64,000 nucleotides of DNA from Verrucomicrobiota bacterium. Its GTDB lineage: Bacteria; Verrucomicrobiota; Verrucomicrobiia; Opitutales; Coraliomargaritaceae. Position numbers and translations under genes: made by a program. Under the pieces are notes generated by a model. That model worked only from the letters and a program-made list of their open reading frames with translations. It was not told where the DNA came from and searched no databases. Shown here piece by piece: positions 38,986 through 50,586 of the stretch (its first letter is position 1; the number at the start of each line of letters is the position of its first letter). The stretch covers positions 52,233-116,232 of the forward strand of contig JBCBZJ010000007.1 in NCBI GenBank assembly GCA_039815375.1, in the 5' to 3' direction.

Positions 38986-40520
38986 TGGCTGAAACTGGAA
39001 AAGTTTATCTCATTGGAGCAGGCCCGGGTGACCCCGGGCTAGTCACTGTTCGTGCCCGTGAACTGATCGCTCAGGCAGACGTCATCGTTTACGACTACCT
39101 GGCCAATTCGCGGCTTCTGGATTGGGCCCGTGATGATGTGGAGCAGATCTACGTTGGAAAAAGTGCGGGGCGCCATTCGATCCCGCAGGACGAGATCGAA
39201 GAGATTCTCGTCAATCGTGCCCATAAAGGTTTGCAGGTTGTTCGGCTCAAGGGAGGCGACCCTTTTATCTTCGGCCGTGGTGGTGAAGAAGTTGCCGAAC
39301 TGGAAACCGACAGAGTTTCCTACGAGATTGTCCCGGGCGTAACAGCGGCATTAGCTGCAGCTGCCTATACAGGCATACCCCTCTCCCACCGCGACTATAG
39401 TTCCTCCATTACTTTTCTTACGGGCCATGAGAACCCGGAAAAGCACACACTGAGTATTGACTTTAGAGATTACGGAAAAACCAAAGGTACACTTTGCATC
39501 TACATGGGGATTGGACAGCTTGCGCGCATTGTAGGTGAGCTAAAGGAAGGCGGTATGTCTGGTGAAATGCCCGTCGGCATAATCGAATGGGCCACGTTGA
39601 ATCGCCAGCGCTCAATCACTGCGACACTGGATACAATTGTTGAAGAGCTGGAGGCCTCCGGTCTTGGCGCACCCGCGATAGTCATTATCGGTGAAGTCGT
39701 TTCACAGCGTTCAAAGACTGAATGGTTTGAAGGCCAGCCTTTATTCGGGAAACGCATCGTCGTAACCCGCGCTCGCGAGCAGGCAGGGCAGCTTAGCCGG
39801 ATGATCGAAGAAAGCGGTGCCGAAGTCATCGAATTGCCCTTTATCGAAGTGAAGCCATCTTTCGAAGAAAAACTCGTCGGCGAAGTCTTTGCCGGAATCG
39901 CCGTCTACGAATGGATTGTTTTTACAAGTGCGAATGGCGTTAAGACTTTCTTTGATCTCTTCTATAGGGCCTTCGATGACATTCGTTGCCTCGGCCCCAT
40001 GCGTATTGCAGCGGTTGGCACTGCAACTGCCCGGGAAATCGAGAAGCATAAGCTCAAAGTCGACTTCCTGCCTTCCAAGGCCAATGCCAAGGTTTTAGTA
40101 GACGAACTAATCAAACAAGAAGGTATGGAAAGCGTGCAGGTTCTTGTGATCACAGGTAATCAGAATCGTGAGGAGCTGGTTACACGTCTCGAGGAAGAAG
40201 GTCGCGCAATTGTCGACACACTGCCACTCTACCAAACCAGCAAGACCGACCTTAGTGACGATCCTGCCGCAGCAAGATACAGAAAAGTCGGTGCAGATGC
40301 AGTGCTTTTCACCAGCTCATCCACGGTGAGATCATTTGTCGACCAGCAGGCGGCCCTTCAGCTTGAAGATGGAGCTCGTCAACCCGCATTTGGTAGTATC
40401 GGTCCAATGACGACCAAGACCTTGCAAGAGTCCGATTTGCCGCTTGGTTTTGAAGCTGCTCAATCCAGTCTGGATCACTTCGTCGTCGAAGCCATTTCTT
40501 ATCTCAAACATGATTCCTAG
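38985..40520 (+). CDS. cobA: Fused uroporphyrinogen-III C-methyltransferase / uroporphyrinogen-III synthase (CobA-HemD)
   Basis: GAGPGDPGL, RLKGGDPFIFGRGGEE, then a HemD domain (VVTRAREQA, FTSANGV, FTSSSTV, SIGPMT). Confidence 0.94.
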   Translation: MAETGKVYLIGAGPGDPGLVTVRARELIAQADVIVYDYLANSRLLDWARDDVEQIYVGKSAGRHSIPQDEIEEILVNRAHKGLQVVRLKGGDPFIFGRGGEEVAELETDRVSYEIVPGVTAALAAAAYTGIPLSHRDYSSSITFLTGHENPEKHTLSIDFRDYGKTKGTLCIYMGIGQLARIVGELKEGGMSGEMPVGIIEWATLNRQRSITATLDTIVEELEASGLGAPAIVIIGEVVSQRSKTEWFEGQPLFGKRIVVTRAREQAGQLSRMIEESGAEVIELPFIEVKPSFEEKLVGEVFAGIAVYEWIVFTSANGVKTFFDLFYRAFDDIRCLGPMRIAAVGTATAREIEKHKLKVDFLPSKANAKVLVDELIKQEGMESVQVLVITGNQNREELVTRLEEEGRAIVDTLPLYQTSKTDLSDDPAAARYRKVGADAVLFTSSSTVRSFVDQQAALQLEDGARQPAFGSIGPMTTKTLQESDLPLGFEAAQSSLDHFVVEAISYLKHDS

Positions 40521-40590
40521 TCGCAGTCCCAGTTCTGACTCCAATCCCATAATAGAAGATTGAGATTAAGGTTAGTATTTTGATTACGAC
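40520..40590. repeat. Degenerate inverted repeat with 6-nt periodicity
   Basis: gtcgcagtcccagttctgactccaatccca versus the reverse complement of tgagattaaggttagtattttgattacgac: 19/30 identical, 23/30 pairable allowing G-U (hand count). Confidence 0.45.
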
Positions 40591-40624
40591 ACCGCTAAAC
40601 TGAAAACCACCACCTCTCAAGACC

Positions 40625-41092
40625 ATGAACATCATCCTCGAAACCACACAAGGTAGTATCGAATTCGAACTTTACGAAAAGGTCGCACCTAAGACCTGCG
40701 AAAACTTCACCACGCACATTAAGAATGGATACTATAACGGCATCATCTTTCACCGTATCATTGAGGAATTTATGATTCAAGGGGGTGACCCGACCGGTTC
40801 GGGTATGGGTGGTGAGTCCATTTGGGGCAAACCATTCGAAGACGAATGCGCACGCGACATCGCCTTCGACAAGGCAGGTCTTCTTGCCATGGCCAATGCC
40901 GGCCCTGGTACAAATGGCAGCCAATTTTTCATCACCACCGTCCCTACCCCATGGCTGCATATGAAGCATACCATATTCGGCGAAGTCGTTAACGGTATGG
41001 ACATTGTTGAAAAGCTGGAAAAAGTCGACAAAGGTCCAGGCGACCGCCCCATCGAGGAACAGAAGATTATCTCCGCAAAGGTTGTCGAATAA
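40625..41092 (+). CDS. ppiA: Cyclophilin-type peptidyl-prolyl isomerase
   Basis: APKTCENF, FHRIIEEFMIQGGDP, AMANAGPGTNGSQFFIT, HTIFGEV. Confidence 0.95.
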   Translation: MNIILETTQGSIEFELYEKVAPKTCENFTTHIKNGYYNGIIFHRIIEEFMIQGGDPTGSGMGGESIWGKPFEDECARDIAFDKAGLLAMANAGPGTNGSQFFITTVPTPWLHMKHTIFGEVVNGMDIVEKLEKVDKGPGDRPIEEQKIISAKVVE

Positions 41093-41846
41093 GATAAATA
41101 GAGTTCTGGCCCTTCACGGCTTTACAGGTTGCGGCGAGGACTTTGCAGGGTTCTCGCCGCTTTGCCATAGTGTGGACGAGTGGCGTTGCCCTGATCTGCC
41201 CGGTCATGGTCCAGATCCACAACTCGACTGCACTCCGGTTGCAACTGCTCAGTTTATCGAAGCAAGGCGCAAGGACTCGAATATCCTGCTCGGCTATTCA
41301 ATGGGAGCACGTGCCGCATTGCTCCACGCACTACGCGATCCTGAAAAGTGGGATGCCCTTATCCTCATCAGTGTCAATCCTGGCATCGCTTGTCCAGCAA
41401 GCCGCATAGAACGAAAGAAAAATGACGATTTGCTGGCAGAGGAGATTGAGCAAAGTGGTGTGAGTGCGTTTTTGGATTTTTGGCAAAATACGCCGATGAT
41501 TCGGAGCCAGAAAGCAATTGACCCGAACTGGGCCACCAAAATGCAGGCTGATCGATTGCGCCATATTGCAATCGGCCTCGCCAATAGTCTCCGGCAATTC
41601 GGGCAGGGTAATTTTCCAAACCTCTGGCCCAGGTTAAGTCAGCTCAAGATGCCAGTCTTGCTCATGACGGGCTCCAGCGATAAGAAATACAGCGCAATAG
41701 CAGCCCAAATCATTGAGCAAACTCGCTCGCCGGAAGTCTTTGAGCACTTTCTTATCGACGGTTGTGGCCATATGCCACATCTGGAATCGCCGGTGGCATG
41801 TGCCGCCAAGATTGATGACTTTCTTCGCCGCCGACTCAACGGATAG
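41082..41846 (+). CDS. Alpha/beta hydrolase, MenH (SHCHC synthase)-like
   Basis: LHGFTG, DLPGHG, GYSMGAR, R...D..LA, GHMPHLE; probable TTG start at 41082. Confidence 0.8.
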   Translation: MSNKINRVLALHGFTGCGEDFAGFSPLCHSVDEWRCPDLPGHGPDPQLDCTPVATAQFIEARRKDSNILLGYSMGARAALLHALRDPEKWDALILISVNPGIACPASRIERKKNDDLLAEEIEQSGVSAFLDFWQNTPMIRSQKAIDPNWATKMQADRLRHIAIGLANSLRQFGQGNFPNLWPRLSQLKMPVLLMTGSSDKKYSAIAAQIIEQTRSPEVFEHFLIDGCGHMPHLESPVACAAKIDDFLRRRLNG

Positions 41847-42088
41847 CAATTCGGTCGGAAACTGTAACGCTAGGTGTTATCGACGGACGCGTATACTGCT
41901 TCCTTAGTCTTGAGCGTGCCGGTGGTAGGAAGCCCAAGCCCAAATGTTCAGAGCTTACTCATCGTAGCTAACGAAATCAGTAGCACGACCACGAACGACA
42001 CAGTTGGCTTAAATCATATAAACTAAGCTTTTGTAGATTTGCTTCTCAACAAACCAGGCGCGCGCAATTCGGCGCCCGATCTATTCTT

Positions 42089-42643
42089 TTACTGAATATC
42101 CGGTAGATTCGGATCGCGTTCAACGTGTTCAGGGAAGTTCTTTATCGAACGTTCAAGAGATGCCTGAACCCGTCCTTCAGTAAACTGAATTGCATCAAAA
42201 ATATTTGGAAGCTCCTTACTCCAGAAAAGTTCACCGCTCTTTCGATCGAACATTTCTAAAATGAGATGAAAGCGTCTCGCAAAACGGTAGCTGGGATCGT
42301 CCTGCCTGTTTAATGTCTGGCGCAATGGATCGATAGAATCAACCGCATTAGGAAAAGCTGTGGCGAACTTCCTCCACTTTACTACAACATAGAAATCACT
42401 TTCTGTTTCAGCTTCAACAAAGCCGCGATCAAGCAGAGCTTGAGTAATGACATTTTCCGAGAATTGCTCGAGCAGTCCCTTGTCACCCTCGCGAATATCC
42501 TTTCCCGAAACCAACGTATCCTCATAGGAGAAAGTGTGAAGATTGGAGAAGGTGATTGATTTTACAAACTCGGGGTTCTTACCCCCTGTGGCACATCCTG
42601 CGAGGAAGATCACCATAATGAGAAGAACATAAGTATTTTTCAT
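42089..42643 (-). CDS. Lipoprotein, DUF4136-like
   Basis: Lipobox MKNTYVLLIMVIFLAGC; FSNLHTFS, RGF....SDFYV, LILEMFD.KSGELFW. Confidence 0.7.
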   Translation of the reverse strand: MKNTYVLLIMVIFLAGCATGGKNPEFVKSITFSNLHTFSYEDTLVSGKDIREGDKGLLEQFSENVITQALLDRGFVEAETESDFYVVVKWRKFATAFPNAVDSIDPLRQTLNRQDDPSYRFARRFHLILEMFDRKSGELFWSKELPNIFDAIQFTEGRVQASLERSIKNFPEHVERDPNLPDIQ

Positions 42644-42799
42644 TGATGATACTAATACATAAAGCTGTGAAAAATTCAAATCTTGAGCAATATGCAGGGC
42701 CAAATTCAATTCAACTATGCGTCTCACCAAACAAGAGAGGACCAGCCTCAGCGTGCTACTTTTGATTTTTCTCTTTGCCTTGGCAGGCTGGCTGATTTT

Positions 42800-43924
42800 T
42801 TAGCGGATGCTTCTCAGTGGCACGAGCTCAATCAAGGTCATCTCCGTCGGGCAATTGAATCGAATGGGAGGTAATCCATGCCTGCGGTTCGAACCAATAC
42901 CGGCCGAGACATTTAGATAAGGAATACCGATGCGGCGAAAGCCACGTGCCCACTCCTTTGGAATCTCGCTGTAAATGGTCAGTGCTCCAAAAAATGGGAG
43001 CCGGACTTGCCCACCATGGGTATGGCCAGCCAAACATAGATCAATTGGCTGCTCTGACATGCCCATCGCAAAATCCGGTGAATGTCCCATCAGGATTCGA
43101 AATTCGCTATCCGCTGACGTCGACAACCAACTATCGACAGTTCGCATCGCCCACTCACTTTTTCTCGATTGATATAGGCTCAGCCCATGGATACTGACTT
43201 TTCCAGCCTCGGTCTCGATCGTCACAGTTCGGGAAGACAGCAATTCCAACGGCCTGAGCTCGTCCTGCGGAACACCATACATCTCCAGTTCAGTGTCTCC
43301 AAAAACCCCGTAAAACCCGTATTTCGGCATCACAGATTTGAACAGTTCAACGAGTTTTGGAAGTTCGCTATCGAATGTTGCCGGTGGCACTTCCTGCAAA
43401 TAGTCTCCTGTATTAAGAATCAAATCAGGATTGAGTTCATTTATTCTACCAAAGACACGGGCTTCATAATCCGTGATCGAACCCGCCTGTATATCTGAAA
43501 TGTGCAGAATACGAAGCGGCTTGATCAATTTAGGGGTTTGTAGCCGAATGCGCCTTACCACCATTCGCTCCGGCTCAATATGGGTCATATAATAACGCAG
43601 AGCAAAGAGATCCACAGTCAGGAAAATGTAGACACCTGAAAATAAGAGCAAAGTTCGGCGAGCACTCGACCACCGGAGAGCTACTACAGCAAAGAACAGC
43701 GCAAATCCAATTAGAGTTAGCGGAAGCTGCCACAAATTGAAATCGTAGGCTCGGTGGATCAAGGCGAAGTCCGGTCTCAACATTCCAGAACGGACAAAAA
43801 GGTAGTTCATAAAGATGACGTATCCGCCAATAAGGACTAGGCTCGCGAATCCCAGCCACCAGGCACGTCTCCCTCGCGGTCGCGACGCAACGTCCGTCAT
43901 GCCTAGACCGGAAAGTGAATTCAT
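42800..43924 (-). CDS. Membrane-anchored metallophosphoesterase (YkuE-like)
   Basis: Three N-terminal TM segments; HISDIQ, TGDY, GHSPD, AGHTHGGQV, VSAGIG; start overlaps the upstream stop. Confidence 0.88.
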   Translation of the reverse strand: MNSLSGLGMTDVASRPRGRRAWWLGFASLVLIGGYVIFMNYLFVRSGMLRPDFALIHRAYDFNLWQLPLTLIGFALFFAVVALRWSSARRTLLLFSGVYIFLTVDLFALRYYMTHIEPERMVVRRIRLQTPKLIKPLRILHISDIQAGSITDYEARVFGRINELNPDLILNTGDYLQEVPPATFDSELPKLVELFKSVMPKYGFYGVFGDTELEMYGVPQDELRPLELLSSRTVTIETEAGKVSIHGLSLYQSRKSEWAMRTVDSWLSTSADSEFRILMGHSPDFAMGMSEQPIDLCLAGHTHGGQVRLPFFGALTIYSEIPKEWARGFRRIGIPYLNVSAGIGSNRRHGLPPIRFNCPTEMTLIELVPLRSIR

Positions 43925-44379
43925 GACCGAAACTTTCGCTGCAAAAGAAGCCTTAGGCCAAAGGGAATCAGGGCAACCGCGCCGAAGAACCAACAAAGGA
44001 ATAACTCGACCGGAACACGCATCGCCACACGCTGAGCCTTCTGATACATCATCGATCCGACCACTAGATTGAGGATCTGCAGATTGCAGAAAAGGGCTAG
44101 AAAGGAAACCGGGTGGCGAGAAAACTCTCTCGCAGATTCATAGGTAATTGGTGCGTAGGGATCCGGAAGAATGGCAGTCTGGTGCGATTTCCAAAGAAGA
44201 ACGAACAGAACGATACAATAAACCGGAGCCAGCAGAAAAGGCTGCGCGATAAGGCGCACGATACCCTCCCTCGGAAAGATGATCATAGCCAACCAGATCG
44301 GAGCTGTCATCGAAAGTATGACGATAAAGGTGCTATCCAGATCCTTCGCGCCGAATACTTCAATTAACCAGATAGGCAT
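43921..44379 (-). CDS. ABA4-like / DUF4281 membrane protein
   Basis: Four hydrophobic helices, APIWLAMIIFP, P..L.LCWFFG pattern. Confidence 0.6.
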   Translation of the reverse strand: MPIWLIEVFGAKDLDSTFIVILSMTAPIWLAMIIFPREGIVRLIAQPFLLAPVYCIVLFVLLWKSHQTAILPDPYAPITYESAREFSRHPVSFLALFCNLQILNLVVGSMMYQKAQRVAMRVPVELFLCWFFGAVALIPFGLRLLLQRKFRS

Positions 44380-44391
44380 GGCGCTTCAAGA

Positions 44392-45303
44392 TTAGGCTCC
44401 AACAATCAAAGAATACGCTTCAATATAGCGTCGAAGTGTGCCTTCGAGAACGTCTTGAGGCAATGTCGGCGGCGGTGGAGTCTTGTCCCAGTCGAGTGAC
44501 TCCAGGTAGTCCCTGACGAATTGCTTGTCATAGGAGGGCTGTGGCCCACCTGCCCTGTAATCTGCTTTTGGCCAATATCGTGATGAATCAGGAGTTAAGA
44601 TCTCATCTATCAGGAAGAGATTTCCAGATTCGTCTGTGCCGAATTCGAATTTCGTGTCGGCCAACAAAATACCTGCCGGCGCAACGCCTTCCACACCCAT
44701 TTTATAGAGCTCGATACTCAAATTATGAACCCGCTCAAAAAGATCCTCACCTATCATGCGAGCAGCATCCGCACAATCAATTGGCATATCATGGCCACTG
44801 GCTGCCTTTGTTGTTGGCGTGAACAGCGGTCTAGGCAACTCGCTGCTTTCAACCAGACCATCAAGCAATTCATATTCAAAGAGCTTGCCGCTATCCTGAT
44901 AATCTTTCCATCCGGAACCGGAGAGATAGCCACGCACCACTGCCTCAATAGGGAGTGGTTTGAGTTTCTTAACGATCATACTGCGGTGCTCAAGTTCCGG
45001 GTATTGATCGCCAAGCTCTCTAATTTTTTCGGAATGGTTATCGACTAGGTGATGCGGCGTCAGCGCAGCCGCCGACTCGAACCAATGCAGACTAATCTGA
45101 GTCAAAAGACTTCCCTTGCCGGGCAGTCCTTCGTTCATAATCACGTCAAAAGCCGAGACACGATCCGTCGCGACCATCAACAATGCGTCACCCATATCAA
45201 AGACTTCACGGACCTTACCTTTAGCAATCAGCGGATACGGCAGATCCTCAACGGACATCATTGCAACTTTTGGTAGCGTGAAGGGCAAATCGGCATCAAC
45301 CAT
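44392..45303 (-). CDS. purC: SAICAR synthase
   Basis: GKVREVF, ATDRVSAFD, EAVVRGYLSGSGW, ADTKFEFG, DEILTPDSSRYW, DKQFVRD; likely start 45303. Confidence 0.97.
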   Translation of the reverse strand: MVDADLPFTLPKVAMMSVEDLPYPLIAKGKVREVFDMGDALLMVATDRVSAFDVIMNEGLPGKGSLLTQISLHWFESAAALTPHHLVDNHSEKIRELGDQYPELEHRSMIVKKLKPLPIEAVVRGYLSGSGWKDYQDSGKLFEYELLDGLVESSELPRPLFTPTTKAASGHDMPIDCADAARMIGEDLFERVHNLSIELYKMGVEGVAPAGILLADTKFEFGTDESGNLFLIDEILTPDSSRYWPKADYRAGGPQPSYDKQFVRDYLESLDWDKTPPPPTLPQDVLEGTLRRYIEAYSLIVGA

Positions 45304-45433
45304 GCCACCTAGATGAACCGCTAAAGCTCGGCCTGCAAACGGTTTCTGAAAGATTGGAACAAATTCGCGACATTTTTCTAAAAAAGACTTGCAGCACATA
45401 AGGCGAAACATAGCGTCTGCCACTTCCTCCTAT

Positions 45434-45511
45434 CTCCCGTTCGTCTAGCCCGGTCTAGGACACCTGGTTTTCATCCAGGCAACAGGGGTTCGAATCCCCT
45501 ACGGGAGGCCA
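45434..45511 (+). tRNA. tRNA-Glu(TTC)
   Basis: Acceptor CTCCCGT/ACGGGAG, TCGTCTAG...GGAC D-arm, anticodon loop TTTTCAT, AGGGGTTCGAATCCCCT, encoded CCA. Confidence 0.97.
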
Positions 45512-45694
45512 TTTTTCTAAACTTTCGGACACGTCTTCGAGAGTTTTTAATTACCTCGAAAGCACTGGATGTGTTGGGATAAGAATCCTTTGGTTTGACA
45601 GGATGAACAGTTTGAATGGAGAAGGGACAGCTCGAAGAGCTGGTCATGGAGCGTTTCCGCCAAGCCAAAGCAACTCGCTGTAGGAGGCCATTTT
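45504..45694 (+). repeat. 12-bp direct repeat of the tRNA-Glu 3' end bounding a short non-coding segment
   Basis: ggaggccatttt at 45504-45515 and 45683-45694. Confidence 0.6.
45519..45548 (+). terminator. Probable terminator after tRNA-Glu
   Basis: aaactttcg...cgagagttt hairpin with trailing T run. Confidence 0.5.
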
Positions 45695-45773
45695 GTCCAT
45701 CAAATCGCGTCTTTTCTTAGCTTTTCTGTATCCCACGCATTCACATTGATTCAGGTAGGTTCAGAGTGTCTAA

Positions 45774-47768
<1,995 letters not shown>

Positions 47769-48021
47769 AGTCGGATTTTCTGCAGAAACAGCGTTTACTT
47801 AATAATCATTTCTAGAGTTGCCCTGAAGAGTCACACGATGAGCTTAAGCTCGTGATCATCAGGAATACATTTACAGGATTGAGCAACTGACTCGGCTGAG
47901 AGACAAGATGGGCCTTCGATAATTTTGTGCACAGAGGTCCGATGGATAGTCAGATAGAAATAGAATCTCCTTGAATTAATTTTTCTTATTATTATTTTAT
48001 TTATAATAAGTTTAATTAATC

Positions 48022-49632
48022 ATGGAGGCTCTTCATCAATTACTTCTTAATCAACCACTTGTCTCGCTTTTTGCAATTATCGCCGTCGGCCTGCTCTTGG
48101 GGAGCATAAGTTTCAAGGGCGTTAATCTTGGCAGCTCGGGAGTTCTCTTTTCTGCACTTCTTGCCGGTCACCTCGGTTATGCGGTTCCGTCGGGTGCCGG
48201 AACATTGGGATTGGTGCTTTTTGTTTATTGCGTTGGGATTGGTGCAGGCAGTCGCTTTTTCACTTCGGTTGCACGTGAAGGAGCGACACTTGCTAAACTC
48301 GCTCTGGTAATCGTTTCCACAGGTGGATTGATCACTTGGGTCGGTGCTACTCTGCTCAAACTTCCTGCTGAGCTTGCCAGTGGTATTTTTGCCGGCGCAC
48401 TTACCAGCACCCCTGCCCTAGCGGCAGCTACAGAAGCGTTGAACGATTCAGCGGAGGGAGTGAGCATTGGTTACGGAATCGCCTACCCCTTTGGTGTCAT
48501 CGGCATAGTGCTTTTTGTGCAAGTGCTACCGAAAATATTGAGACACGATCTCGATCAAATCGCTACGGCTCATGATCAGAATGAAAATGCAGAAGAAAAG
48601 GTCGAGAATGTGCTAGTCGAAGTGACCAATAAAAATCTATTTGGAAAGAAGATCTCGGATTCGGGTGTCGCGAATTTCAATGCATGCCAAGTTTCACGCA
48701 TCTTTAAGAATGGGCAACTTGTGCCCTTAAGCTATGAAGACGTTTTCAGCGAAGGGCAGCTCCTGATACTGGTTGGTCGTGGCCGTGAGATTGGTATAGC
48801 GATCGATTATCTAGGTCACCGTAGTCATCGAAATCTGCTTAAAGACGTCGAAAATGAGCGCCAGCAACTCCTCGTCACGGAGAGAAAATTGGCAGGGCTG
48901 ACCATTCGTGAGATAGCTCCGCTAAAAAAACATGGTGTCGTCATCACAAGAATCACTCGCTTGGGCCTGACGTTTGTGCCGAATGCATCGACCGTTATAG
49001 AAATCAATGATCAGCTCACTGCGGTTGGCAGACCTGACAATCTCAAAGAGTTTGCTAAATCAGTTGGCCATCGAAGTAATGCGATAGATACGACTGACCT
49101 ACTCTCCCTTTCAGCAGGTTTAACCCTTGGCATCATTGTGGGATTAATACCAATCGGATTGCCTGGTAGTGCACCCATCACCTTAGGTCTTGCCGGCGGC
49201 CCGCTCTTCGTCGCACTGCTACTCGGACATTTTGGGCGGGTCGGGAGAATCGTGGGGCATATTCCACGCCCTACGAGATTACTTCTGCAAGAGCTCGGGC
49301 TGGTTTTTTTCCTCGCAAATGCAGGGGTGCGCGGAGGTGGTGCACTGGTTGAGACAATTAGCCAATACGGACTTGCTGTTTTTGGGCTCGGCATACTAGT
49401 GAGTATAATTCCCCTGATCATTGCCTGGCCACTGGCGCGGAAACTCTTCAGGTTGGATGCGCTTCAGGCACTAGGAGGAATTTGTGGTGGCATGACTTCT
49501 ACTCCTGCCCTCGGTGCGATCACTGCCAAAACTGATTCACAGGTGCCAGTTGTGAGTTATGTATCGGCTTATCCGGTAGCACTGATTGTTATGATCCTGA
49601 TCGCAAAAGCACTGACTGGCGCCTTGTCCTGA
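48022..49632 (+). CDS. AspT/YidE/YbjL-family antiporter with two TrkA-C domains
   Basis: Duplicated permease domains (GLVLFVYCVG...GALTSTPALAA; GGMTSTPALGA...YPVA) flanking a soluble region. Confidence 0.92.
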   Translation: MEALHQLLLNQPLVSLFAIIAVGLLLGSISFKGVNLGSSGVLFSALLAGHLGYAVPSGAGTLGLVLFVYCVGIGAGSRFFTSVAREGATLAKLALVIVSTGGLITWVGATLLKLPAELASGIFAGALTSTPALAAATEALNDSAEGVSIGYGIAYPFGVIGIVLFVQVLPKILRHDLDQIATAHDQNENAEEKVENVLVEVTNKNLFGKKISDSGVANFNACQVSRIFKNGQLVPLSYEDVFSEGQLLILVGRGREIGIAIDYLGHRSHRNLLKDVENERQQLLVTERKLAGLTIREIAPLKKHGVVITRITRLGLTFVPNASTVIEINDQLTAVGRPDNLKEFAKSVGHRSNAIDTTDLLSLSAGLTLGIIVGLIPIGLPGSAPITLGLAGGPLFVALLLGHFGRVGRIVGHIPRPTRLLLQELGLVFFLANAGVRGGGALVETISQYGLAVFGLGILVSIIPLIIAWPLARKLFRLDALQALGGICGGMTSTPALGAITAKTDSQVPVVSYVSAYPVALIVMILIAKALTGALS

Positions 49633-49657
49633 TCCGGTAATTTCATTTGATCTACAT

Positions 49658-50560
49658 ATGAAGACCTTTTTAGGAGTCGACGGTGGCGGAACAAAAACCC
49701 GAGGGCTCCTCATCGACGAAAGCGGGGGCAAGCTGAGATACGCCGAGGCTGGTTCGAGCAACTTGAATTCAACCGATGCTGCTACAGTCAGCGAGTCTTT
49801 AAAGTCGGTCATTGAAGAGTGCACAAGCGGCTTAGAAAGCCTGCCCAGAGCCAGCTGCTTCGGACTAGCAGGCGCAAGTTCAGAAAAAGCAAAGCGTCAA
49901 CTAGGCAGGATCATAAGCAGCCATGGCTTGAATAACTTTCTTATCATTTCAGACGCCGAAGTAGCTCTTGAAGGCGCGTTCAATGGTGCTCCCGGAATTC
50001 TCTTGATTGCCGGTACAGGCTCTTCGTGTTTTGGCAAAGACAAGTCCGGTAATTTGCTTCGGACCGGCGGCTGGGGCTGGCTCGCAGACGACGCCGGGAG
50101 TGCAAGCTGGATTGGTCAGCGTGCGCTTCATGAAGCAATGAGGCAATACGACGGCAGGTCAAAAGGCAGTGCGATTCAGGAAAGTATATTGCTCAGGCTA
50201 GGCATAAGGAATGAGAGTGAAATTACTTCCGGACTGTATAACCCCAACATATCCCGTGTGCAACTTGCTGCTCTTGCGCCCATAGTCATTCAACTTGCAG
50301 GTTCAGGCGATGGACCTGCCTTGGTTATTGTTCAAGACGCTGTCCATGAGCTTGCTGCACTTGTCCGATCAACAGCTCAAAGAATGGATGCCTCCTCAAA
50401 GAAGGTTGTAATGTCGGGAGGACTCGTGGAACACCACGGAATCATCCGTGAGATGATCCGAAACGAGTTGAACGGCTTAAGCTTTCAGACAGGTGAAGGG
50501 CTTCCTGTTGAAGGCGCTGCTGCTATTGCGCTAAAACACGTGGTAGCAGAGCCCACATAG
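49658..50560 (+). CDS. BadF/BadG-family sugar kinase (N-acetylglucosamine/N-acetylmuramate kinase-like)
   Basis: GVDGGGTKT, FGLAG, IAGTGS, GGWGWLADDAGSASWIG. Confidence 0.88.
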   Translation: MKTFLGVDGGGTKTRGLLIDESGGKLRYAEAGSSNLNSTDAATVSESLKSVIEECTSGLESLPRASCFGLAGASSEKAKRQLGRIISSHGLNNFLIISDAEVALEGAFNGAPGILLIAGTGSSCFGKDKSGNLLRTGGWGWLADDAGSASWIGQRALHEAMRQYDGRSKGSAIQESILLRLGIRNESEITSGLYNPNISRVQLAALAPIVIQLAGSGDGPALVIVQDAVHELAALVRSTAQRMDASSKKVVMSGGLVEHHGIIREMIRNELNGLSFQTGEGLPVEGAAAIALKHVVAEPT

Positions 50561-50586
50561 TTCTACTTGACTCCGTATTGGAGCGG

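Noticed and set aside
41850..42020. Minus-strand frame FKPTVSFVVVLLISLATMSKL*TFGLG... resembling a broken signal peptide
   Set aside because: Too short and unrecognisable to call a pseudogene without a homology search.
45471..45668. 65-aa minus-strand ORF ending MASRRGFEPLLPG
   Set aside because: The C-terminus is the antisense translation of the tRNA-Glu T-arm, a common artefact.
47769..48021. Spacer between ligA and the AspT-like transporter, AT-rich at its 3' end
   Set aside because: Consistent with an ordinary promoter region (TATAAT at 48002); no repeat array or coding remnant recognised.
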